64,000 nt of DNA from an uncultured Flavobacteriales bacterium. GTDB taxonomy: Bacteria > Bacteroidota > Bacteroidia > CAIKAF01. A program made the translations under genes and the position numbers. The stretch is taken from NCBI GenBank assembly GCA_903825395.1, contig CAIKAF010000004.1:5728-69727 (forward strand), given 5' to 3'. The notes below the pieces were generated by a model. The model was given only the letters and a program-made list of their open reading frames with translations, did not search any database and had not been told where the DNA came from. This document shows, in pieces, positions 42,081-50,700 of the stretch (within the stretch, counting starts at the first letter, position 1; each line of letters begins with the position of its first letter).

Positions 42081-42928
42081 AGCCAATTATTGAGGCGTAT
42101 ACAGAGAGAATTTTATGGCTTCCCGTTTAATCTCACTGACCCAATTTCGACCCTTTTTTTTAAGGAAAATGGAGGTGTTCAAGGGCCAGATTAAACCTGC
42201 CTTTTCATAAAATTCATAGTTTACATGTAGATTTTTGTTCGCCCCCCCTTATTCTCAACCGTTGAGTAAAACTTAAAAAATCATTTTTTTGAAATTACCC
42301 AAACTGCCTTCTGCCTTTATTTAGCACGCCCTTTGGAAATTTTAATCCATGAAAATGTCTGTTCCTAAACCAAAAAAATGGCCTTCCACCTTGAAACTTT
42401 GATAATCCTCGCGTAAATTCGTAGTTCATCGATGAAACGTTAAAAAGGAACACTTCGTCACGTATTTGGGGTGGCGAAGAATAGTTAGGGCACTTTTTGG
42501 AGTGAACTACGGGAATCTGGGGAAGTTGAAAAATGGAACCAGGTTCGCCTTGGGGAGTCTCAGAAAAGCTTTCTGAATCGTGCAAAGGAAACTTTGCTGG
42601 TGCGGGAAGCGGGAGCATGGGAATGAGACTGGATGAACTGGCAAATTCATCCTTTTTACAGGAGGGAAAATTGGAAGGGGATTTGAGGAGGAGGGGAAAG
42701 AGGAGGGGGTCAAATAAAATTTCAAGTTTCCTTTACGTCGGGGAAAACGTTGGCGACCCGAAGGGCGCGAGGCAACCTTTTTTGGGTAAAGCTTAAGCGC
42801 AGCCTTCAGGAAATCGCTATTGGCGGCAACCTCATTTCCCCAAAAAGGGAAGCCCGACCCCATTCCCCCCAAGCCCCCCAACACCTCCAACACAAAGTTC
42901 AACCCACCATAAAAGCCAGGAGTAGGCC

Positions 42929-43070
42929 GCGGCAGGGATTGAACAGGGTAGCACGCAGGGGGGCGGAGCCTGGCCCGCGCGGCGCGGAGGCGACTTTAGG
43001 AGCCCCCGCAAGCCCGCTGGGCCAGCCTCCCGCCCCACGCGGACTACCCGTGAAAGCCCGTCAGCCGCCC
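42929..43070 (+). repeat. Structured ~143-bp dispersed hairpin element, copy 4
   Basis: GCGGCAGGGATTGA-AC-A-GGGTAG...GCGAC-TTTA-GGAGC...CTACCC-GT-GAAAGCCCG...CCGCCC. Confidence 0.9.
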
Positions 43071-43156
43071 AAATCACCCCATTCCCACACCGCTTGAACC
43101 GCGAAAATCTGCTCAGCTCTGCCATTAAATCCATACCTTTGTGCAAAATTATCCTC

Positions 43157-44557
43157 ATGAATTCCTTTCAGGTTGTTGTTATTGGATCGGGGCCTGGCGG
43201 CTACGTTGCGGCAATCCGTTGCGCCCAATTGGGGCTCAAAACTGCGCTGATTGAAAAATATTCCACCTTAGGCGGAACCTGCCTGAATGTGGGGTGCATC
43301 CCATCTAAAGCGCTGCTAGACAGCTCGGAACATTATTACAATGCCAGCCATACCTTTGCCGAGCACGGAATTGAACTGTCGAACGTGTCGGTGAATTTCG
43401 GACAAATGATCGCCCGGAAAAATGAGGTGGTGGCCCAAACTTGTGCCGGTGTAGCGGGTCTGATGAAAAAAAATGGAGTCACCGTATTTCATGGCATGGG
43501 TTCTTTCAAATCCAAAGGCATCATTCAGGTGCAGGGCAGCGATGGCAGCACCGAATTGAGCTATGAAAAAGCCATTATTGCGACGGGCTCTAAGCCGTCC
43601 GGCCTTCCCGGCATTGTGCCCGACAAAAAACGCATCATCACTTCGACCGAGGCCTTGAATCTGAAAGAAATTCCCTCGCATTTGCTGGTCATTGGCGGCG
43701 GAGTCATTGGATTGGAAATGGGTTCGGTGTATGCGCGACTGGGCTCAAAGCTCAGCATTGTAGAGTTCGCCGACCGACTCATTCCCGGTTTTGACAGTGC
43801 CATGAGCAAAGATTTGGCTCGGGTAATGAAAAAACTGGGGGCCGACATTTACACTGAAACTCGGGTAACTTCCGTAAAAAATAAGGGCAAACAAGTGGTG
43901 GTGACGGCGGAAAACAAAAAGGGGGAGACCTTCGAGTGGAATGTGCCGTACTGCTTGGTTTCCGTGGGCCGCAAGCCGTACACCGAGGGATTGAATTTGA
44001 GCGCCTTGGGGCTCGCCACCGATGAGCGGGGGCGGATTCCGGTGAATGACCACTTGCAAACGGCAGATGCTTCCGTATATGCCATTGGAGACGTGGTGCG
44101 GGGTGCGATGCTGGCGCACAAGGCCGAAGAAGAGGGCATGTTGGTGGCTGAAATCATTGCGGGGCAGCAGCCGCACATCAATTATTTGCTCATTCCGAAC
44201 GTGGTGTACACCTGGCCTGAAGTGGCTTCGGTGGGGCATACGGAAGAGGAGTTGAAGTCGGCAGGTCGGGCGTACAAAGTGGGCAGTTTCCCCTTCCGAG
44301 CCAGTGGTCGGGCGCGCGCAAGCATGGATTTAGACGGTCAGGTTAAAGTACTGGCTGACAAAGAGAATGACGAAATTTTGGGGGTTCATATCATTGGTCC
44401 TCGGGCGGCCGACATGATTGCTGAGGCCGTAGTGGCCATGGAATATCGGGCTACGGCCGAGGACATTGCACGGATGAGCCATGCGCACCCCACCTATACC
44501 GAGTCGTTCCGCGAGGCTTGCTTGGCGGCCACAGAGAATCGGGCGATTCACATTTAA
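43157..44557 (+). CDS. lpdA: Dihydrolipoyl dehydrogenase
   Basis: GSGPGGY, GGTCLNVGCIPSK, GGGVIGLE, HAHPT; ATG 43157. Confidence 0.97.
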   Translation: MNSFQVVVIGSGPGGYVAAIRCAQLGLKTALIEKYSTLGGTCLNVGCIPSKALLDSSEHYYNASHTFAEHGIELSNVSVNFGQMIARKNEVVAQTCAGVAGLMKKNGVTVFHGMGSFKSKGIIQVQGSDGSTELSYEKAIIATGSKPSGLPGIVPDKKRIITSTEALNLKEIPSHLLVIGGGVIGLEMGSVYARLGSKLSIVEFADRLIPGFDSAMSKDLARVMKKLGADIYTETRVTSVKNKGKQVVVTAENKKGETFEWNVPYCLVSVGRKPYTEGLNLSALGLATDERGRIPVNDHLQTADASVYAIGDVVRGAMLAHKAEEEGMLVAEIIAGQQPHINYLLIPNVVYTWPEVASVGHTEEELKSAGRAYKVGSFPFRASGRARASMDLDGQVKVLADKENDEILGVHIIGPRAADMIAEAVVAMEYRATAEDIARMSHAHPTYTESFREACLAATENRAIHI

Positions 44558-44583
44558 ATTAAACATTCAGGGGGTATTTAGTG

Positions 44584-44725
44584 GGGCGGCGGACGGGCTT
44601 TCAGGGCTAATCCGCGGTTGCCGGCGGCTGTCCCAGCGGGCTTGCGGTGGCTCCCAAGGTCGCCTCCGCGCCACGCGGGCCAGGCGCCGCCACCCTTGCG
44701 GGTTAGCCTCTTCAATCCCTGCCGC
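44584..44725 (-). repeat. Structured ~143-bp dispersed hairpin element, copy 5
   Basis: Minus strand GCGGCAGGGATTGA-AG-A-GGCTAA...GCGAC-CTTG-GGAGC...TTAGCC-CT-GAAAGCCCG...CCGCCC. Confidence 0.9.
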
Positions 44726-44865
44726 GGGGGTGGTCATAAGTACACTGTGCTCGGTTTATAATCCAGCCGGTGAGATTTCTTGATTTTAGGCGGCTTTTAA
44801 ACCTGGCTGACAGCAGTTGTAATACCCAATTTAACGGGCTGGGGGTTTGGATTTGGGTTTAAATC

Positions 44866-44938
44866 AGGTATAATTTTAGCTAAACCTCATGAATCTCTGA
44901 GGAACCTCAGTCCGCTCCAGTACAAACAAAAACAATAG
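44866..44938 (+). pseudogene. Possible IS3-family transposase C-terminal remnant
   Basis: RYNFS-(frameshift)-KPHESLRNLSPLQY* resembles the YN..RPHxSL..xP motif. Confidence 0.4.
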
Positions 44939-45063
44939 CAGTCATTAGGTTTTTAAAGGCATACAGCACAAAGAATAAGTCCGAATAAAATGCGACGACA
45001 AAGTCAGCGCATTAAAAGAGAAGATTCTCCGTGACCGAATCAATATCCCTGACGGGTTGCTCC

Positions 45064-45402
45064 TCAGCAGAGCCCGTTTCCGTTTCTTGATTGGCAAAAT
45101 GAAATTAAACACAAATTTGTATAATTAAAACCTGTCCTAAAAATGGGGTGGTTACAACAGGAAATTGATTTTTTGGCCCCGCCCAAAACTCCGATGGGTG
45201 GACCACGGGAGCCGAAGATTTCAAGCGTAATGAGCTTACCTTTTTTGCAGCAGGGGCAACGGCGGTGTAGACTTTGTACAACCGCAACGGCAGGAGCAGC
45301 CTCACTTAGTTGTTTCTGCAAAACTGGTAGGCGTCTGGCCTTGGCTGTGATGCTCAAAAAGCCATAATGCCTAATGCGTGCGAAGCCCTTGGGGAATGTC
45401 AA
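45064..45402 (-). mobile_element. IS91-family (Y2 HUH) transposase, C-terminal fragment only
   Basis: PKGFARIRHYGFLS, CPCCKKG, RGPP; N-terminal HUH part absent. Confidence 0.85.
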
Positions 45403-45462
45403 AAAATGGGGTATTTTTGAGAGGATTATTTATTTAAATAAGGAGTTTTTAGAGGAACTGCC

Positions 45463-45472
45463 GTTAGGTGCC
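45463..45472 (+). other. Cassette 1 start core site GTTAGGTGCC
   Basis: Exact reverse complement of GGCACCTAAC at 46086-46095. Confidence 0.75.
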
Positions 45473-45494
45473 ATTCCGGAAGCCTATAGATAAG

Positions 45495-46082
45495 ATGACA
45501 ATAAGTGAAGCAAAAAGTATTTTAGGTTTAACGCAAGGGGCACAATGCCCGAGTGATTTGAAAAAAACATTCAAAAAGTTAATGCTTCAGTGGCACCCTG
45601 ACATTGCCATCAACAAAGGAATTTCATCTCAAGAGGCGACAGAAAAAAGTCAACAAATCATTTTAGCGTATGAAATCTTGTCTGAAAATTTAGCCTCATT
45701 AGATGGCGAGACATTTGAATACACTTATCAATCGTATTATCAGTATAAAACTGCGACAAAGAAAAACTATAAGCAATATTACGACCACAACATAGACGAA
45801 ATTGACGCAAGTTTCGTAAATAGGATTACTGTAAAATCTTCAAATGTCAAGTGGATCGATTATATCAGAGATTTGCAGATATTGGTGGTTCGATTCAAAG
45901 GAAGTTCAGGATATTATCTCTACTATGACGTTCCTGAAAATATCTTTGAAAAATTTCGTACGACGGAGTCTCCTGGGCGATTTGTGCATCAATATTTGCG
46001 TGGATATAAATACGATTCTTATGGTATATATGCTGATTGGCTGAATGTCTATAAAAGTTTGAGTGAAATAACAGACAATTAG
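45495..46082 (+). CDS. J-domain (DnaJ) - KTSC domain fusion protein; cassette 1 cargo
   Basis: ILGL...LKKTFKKLMLQWHPD...I..AYEIL; VKSSNVKWIDY...LVVRFK...YLYYDVP...SPGRFVHQYLR; ATG 45495. Confidence 0.82.
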   Translation: MTISEAKSILGLTQGAQCPSDLKKTFKKLMLQWHPDIAINKGISSQEATEKSQQIILAYEILSENLASLDGETFEYTYQSYYQYKTATKKNYKQYYDHNIDEIDASFVNRITVKSSNVKWIDYIRDLQILVVRFKGSSGYYLYYDVPENIFEKFRTTESPGRFVHQYLRGYKYDSYGIYADWLNVYKSLSEITDN

Positions 46083-46085
46083 AGC

Positions 46086-46201
46086 GGCACCTAACAGCAC
46101 CTTTGCAAAAAAGCGGTAATGTACGTTGAAGTGAACATTTTTAAAAGAACAATTGCGGTTCGCAATCCGCTTCTTCGCAATGCTGCAAACCGTTGGCAAT
46201 C
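46086..46201 (+). other. attC-like recombination site 1
   Basis: ACCTAAC 6 nt after stop...GTTGGCA; inner pairing CAGCA/TGCTG, TTGC/GCAA, AAGCGG/CCGCTT; about 110 bp. Confidence 0.75.
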
Positions 46202-46223
46202 CAAACAAAAAACCTAAACCACC

Positions 46224-46254
46224 TTGTAAATTAGAAAATAATCCTATAAATTTG
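46224..46254 (+). promoter_or_regulatory. Bacteroidota housekeeping promoter inside the TA cassette
   Basis: TTG(46224)-N20-TAAATTTG(46247). Confidence 0.7.
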
Positions 46255-46276
46255 TTACCTAAATAGACAACACCGT

Positions 46277-46510
46277 GTGCCGACTGTAAAAACGATTGAT
46301 AACATAAAGATTGACATTTACTCGCGCGACCATCCACCACCGCACGTTCATGCGAAATTCGCTGAATTTGAAGAGTTGATAGAAATTGAAACGTTGGAGA
46401 CTTATGCGGGAAAAATACCCAAAGCACAGAGAAAAAAAGTAACAGACTGGGCGGCAAACAACCAAAAATTCCTTTTGGAGATTTTCAATAAATTAAATCC
46501 AAGGCCATGA
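46277..46510 (+). CDS. DUF4160 domain protein (putative toxin)
   Basis: IYSRDHPPPHVHA motif; 77 aa; ATGA overlap with partner gene. Confidence 0.85.
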   Translation: MPTVKTIDNIKIDIYSRDHPPPHVHAKFAEFEELIEIETLETYAGKIPKAQRKKVTDWAANNQKFLLEIFNKLNPRP

Positions 46511-47028
46511 GACAGAAAATTAAGATACCCAGAATAGTAAAAATCGAAAAGATTTCAGGACATAAAATCCAATGCATGTTTAACAACGGTGAGTCCCGAT
46601 TGCTTGACTTTGAAAAAATTTTCAAACAATGGAATGTAACCGAAAACGATTTTGAATATCCGCTCCTTGACGAAAAAAAATTTAAGAAAGTAAAACTCAG
46701 AAATTATACCTTATCATGGCCAAACATTGAAATTAAAGTAAATGGAGAAAACGGGGAAAACTTGAACGTGCCCTACGAAATCGGGGCTGATGTTCTTTTC
46801 GAACTTAGCGAAGATGTTAAAGAGCCTTCAAAATACCGATACGGCAGACTGATAAGAAGTGCCAGATTAAAGGCAGGATTGACGCAAGAGCAATTAGCCA
46901 TGAAAAGCGGGACAACAAGATTTTATATTTCACGCATAGAAAATGATAAGACCGACCTTGAGATGTCGACATTTCGAAAGATCGTGGAAGCTGGACTTGG
47001 AAAGAGACTTAAATTGACTATCGAATAA
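46507..47028 (+). CDS. DUF2442 - XRE HTH fusion (putative antitoxin)
   Basis: I..FNNGE.R.LDF...TLSWPN...D.L; ARLKAGLTQEQLA...YISRIEN. Confidence 0.82.
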   Translation: MRQKIKIPRIVKIEKISGHKIQCMFNNGESRLLDFEKIFKQWNVTENDFEYPLLDEKKFKKVKLRNYTLSWPNIEIKVNGENGENLNVPYEIGADVLFELSEDVKEPSKYRYGRLIRSARLKAGLTQEQLAMKSGTTRFYISRIENDKTDLEMSTFRKIVEAGLGKRLKLTIE

Positions 47029-47033
47029 ATTAC

Positions 47034-47094
47034 GATTGCCAACAGCTCATCTTTCGGGCGGCGCATAGCGCCCAACATGAAAGATTCGTTGAAC
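47034..47094. other. attC-like recombination site 2 (58-61 bp hairpin)
   Basis: GATTGCCAAC (reverse complement of GTTGGCAATC 46192-46201); ATCTTTC/GAAAGAT and GCGC/GCGC stems; GTTGAAC. Confidence 0.7.
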
Positions 47095-47166
47095 GAACCG
47101 CTGCATTCCCCCTATGGGTTTTTCTATATGATTTTAGAGGTGTAGAGGTCAGCCTTTCGGGCGATA

Positions 47167-47295
47167 ATGACCTCAATGCCCTTTGGAGTAGAGGTTTTTA
47201 CGGAAAACTTAACTTCATGAATCAAGGTGATAAATTACGCGTGCTCTATTGTATTTGTTGCGGTTGATGAGCAGGGAAGTAAAAGGAAACTTCAG
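47167..47295 (+). pseudogene. Acyl-CoA thioesterase (hot-dog fold) C-terminal remnant
   Basis: MTSMPFGVEVFTENLTS*IKVINYACSIVFVAVDEQG with in-frame TGA at 47218. Confidence 0.55.
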
Positions 47296-47570
47296 GTATT
47301 AAACGTATCCCACACGAATAACACCCCGCCCAGACCTTCCTTCATATTGAGGGCTCGATTTTTCCTCCAAGGGGAAAATGCCGGCAGCCTTGATTCAGGC
47401 AAGGAAAACCTATGTGCTGTTGGAATTAATCTCGGCTGCCTGAAAAGTTCAACCGTGCCCACCCAACCCCACCCACTTCATTTTGATTAAAAAAGTACCC
47501 CCAACACAAAAATTACCCCCAAAATCAATTTGGCATTATGCACATATCGCATTATATTTGCACCCTCAAT

Positions 47571-47641
47571 TGCCCGATCGTCTAACGGTAGGACCGCAGT
47601 TTTTGGTACTGCTTGTGGTGGTTCGAATCCATCTCGGGCAA
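47571..47641 (+). tRNA. tRNA-Gln (TTG)
   Basis: TGCCCGA/TCGGGCA acceptor stem, GCAGT-TTTTGGT-ACTGC anticodon arm, GTTCGAATCC; promoter TATATTTG 47553. Confidence 0.96.
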
Positions 47642-47644
47642 CGA

Positions 47645-47669
47645 AAGCGCTCTTCGGAGCGCTTTTTTT
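47645..47669 (+). terminator. Rho-independent terminator after tRNA-Gln
   Basis: AAAGCGCTC-TTCG-GAGCGCTTTTTTT. Confidence 0.88.
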
Positions 47670-47757
47670 GTTATCCCCCAACTTAAACCCAATCTTAACA
47701 AAGAAATCAGCCTGCCTCACATTGGTTTTTAGTATCTTGAACCCAAATATTATTGGA

Positions 47758-50700
47758 ATGATTCGATTTGTGCTCCTTTGGCTCTTAATGCCAATCTGCG
47801 TTTTCGCCCAAACCGATACCGAATTTTGGTTTGTGGCTCCAGAAGTTCAGCAAAGCCATGGAGACCGACCCATTACTGTTCGCCTATCCACGGCTCAACA
47901 GGCCGCTTCCGTTCAAATTACTATGCCCATCAACCCGGGATTCCCACCCATTAACGCCATCATCCCCCCCAATACTACCCAATCGTTCGACCTTACTCTT
48001 TGGGTAGATTTACTGGAAAATAAACCCGCCGATGTGGTTTTGGATAAGGCCCTACGTATCGTTTCTTCCTCCCCCATAACCGCATATTATGAAGTGGTAA
48101 CCTCCTGCAACTGCAATCCGGATATTTTTACGCTTAAAGGCCGAAATGCCCTCGGCACGTCCTTCATGCTGCCCTTTCAAACATTCCTCAATAACGGAGT
48201 GGGAAATGCCTGGAGTGGGTTTGATATTGTTGCCACTCAGCCCAATACCAGCATTACCATTACCCCTACCGCAGCCATTGTAGGCCACCCTGCAGGTGTT
48301 CCATTCACCATCACACTAAACATGGGCGAAACTTGGAGCGGGGTATCAACTTCTCAAAGTTTCACACAACGCCCTAGCGGTACCACCATTACCTCCGATA
48401 AGCCCATCGCGGTTACCATTAAAGACGATTCCATGAATGGAGGCGTTTATGGAGGCTGTGCCGATTTGATGGGCGACCAAATGATTCCGTTGCCCCTGCT
48501 CGGTACCGAATACATTACCATCAAAGGATACTTAAATGGTCCCGACCGGGTTTTTGTTATGGCCACCCAAAACAACACTCAAGTTACCATTGATGGCACT
48601 GTGGTTGGCACCATCAACGCAGGACAAAGCTATACCCACATACAATCTGCAAATACGGCATTCATTCAAACCAGCTTGCCCGTTTATGTGCTGCATACTA
48701 CTGGCTTTGGCTGCGAAGTCGGAGGCGCCGTGCTTCCTACCATCGTTTGCACCGGAAGCCAACAGATTGGTTTTACCCGAAGTACCACTGAGTTTTTTGC
48801 CTTAAATCTAATGGTTAAAACCGGCGGAGAAGGAAATTTCACCCTCAATGGCAATCCCAACCTGATTACAGCCGGAAACTTCGCCCAAGTCCCGGGCTCC
48901 AACGGAAATTGGATGTACGCTCAAATTCAATTCAATACCACAGACATCCCCCAAGGACAGGCTAGCCTAATCTCGAACTCTTCGCATTTGTTCCATATGG
49001 GGGTAATAAATGGAGGTGCCTCCTCCGGGTGTCGATATGGATATTTTTCAGATTATTCCGCTTATCAGTTTGATGCAAGTTCCACCACCGATTCCCTCTG
49101 CCAGGGCGGAAATTTAATTTTAAGCGCCAACCCTTTAAGCGGTGCAGTATATCAGTGGACCGGCCCCAATAACTTTTCAAGTTCAAATCAAATTGATACG
49201 CTATTCAATGTAACCCCAAGCATTTCAGGTTTATACCATTTAACCGGTTCGGTAGGGGCCTGTCCCGTTATTTCCGATAGCGTTTTTGTTTTCATTCAGC
49301 CCACCCCCGCTCCTGCCGTTGCTGCTCCCATTGGTCCCGTTTGCGCCGGCGATACTGCATTTTTAGCCGCTTCAGGTCCCGGAGGCGCTATTTACCAATG
49401 GTCTGGTCCCGGCGGGTTTCAGGCCCAAGGCCAACAAAGCCAAGTGGTAAATATCAATTCTCTTCAGTCCGGTTGGTACACCGTGGTCCCCCTGGTGAAC
49501 GGCTGCCCGGGCGACAGCGATCAGGTTTGGGTGCCTGTAGATTCAGTCGCATTAAACGCACAAGCCCTATCGCCTTTATGCAACAATGGATCCACCGGCA
49601 GCATTGTTCTTAGCATCCAATCCGGAATCGCTCCGTTCAGCTACGCATGGAATGGAAATTTACCCCCGCAACCGCAACAAACAAACTTAAGCCCCGGAAG
49701 CTATTCGGTGTTGGTGACCGATTCCAACGGCTGTACTGCAACTTATGCAGTTACCCTGGCCAACCCTACCGCCATTTCGGTTTCGTTAAATGCAACTCCT
49801 GCCACCTGTCCAACCTCCATAGATGGCGTATTGCAGGCTCAAGCCGGAGGAGGAACCGGTCCGCTGACCTTTCAATGGAGCCATGGCCCAACCAGCTTAA
49901 ATCCCCCCTCTGTTGCCGGTGGATGGTACTTCTTAACGGCCACCGACAGCAATGGCTGCGTAAAGACCGATTCGATTTTGGTGCCGGCCCCTCCGCCCCT
50001 GCAAGCTGTTTTTGATTCGGTTGTTGGCCCTCAATGTTTTGGCGATTCAAATGGATTCATTTCGTTGGCGGCCAGCGGAGGCCCCGGAGGATATGCGTAT
50101 GCATGGATTGGGACAGGATATACCCAATCCAGCCAAAACGGTTTGGCTGCAGGCAATTATCAAATTGTGCTCACCGATGGCTTGGGCTGCGACACGCTAT
50201 TTTTAGATACCACCCTACAAGCTCCGCCTCCTGTGGTAGTGAACGCTTCTGCTCCAAGCCCGATTTGCCAAGGATATTCCTTTAACCTAACTGCCTCTGG
50301 CGCTCAATCCTACCTTTGGAACGGAGGAAATACCACTGGAAATTCGAACGACACGGTGAGTACGAGCCTGCAACAAACCACTGTATTTACTGTCATTGGT
50401 TCTATTGGACCTTGTTCAGATACGGCCGAGGTTCAAGTGGCGGTTCTTCCTTCTCCGCAAGCAAACATCAACTGGACCTCCGCCTGCGTCAACGATACCG
50501 TAATGCTGGATGGAAGCGGAAGTCAGGTTGGCAATCCGGCACAGCTTACCCAATGGCTCTGGGATTTGAACGGCGACGGTCAACATGACGCTCAACAAGC
50601 CTCTATTGGACATGTGTTTTCAAGTTCTGGTTCCAAGCCCATTCGTTTGATTATACAGGCCGACAATGGCTGCATAGATACCGTTTTTGCTTCGGCGATA

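Noticed and set aside
42295-43158. Short ORFs overlapping hairpin elements (also near 7870, 19563, 26944, 44481)
   Set aside because: They are translations of GC-rich repeat DNA with no recognisable protein motifs.
47088-47453. Possible third cassette (GTTGAAC ... GTTCAAC near 47447)
   Set aside because: Only a 7-bp match, no hairpin follows, and no intact gene lies inside.
47530-47757. N-terminal extension of the 1320-aa ORF
   Set aside because: It runs through tRNA-Gln and its terminator; ATG 47758 gives a proper signal peptide.
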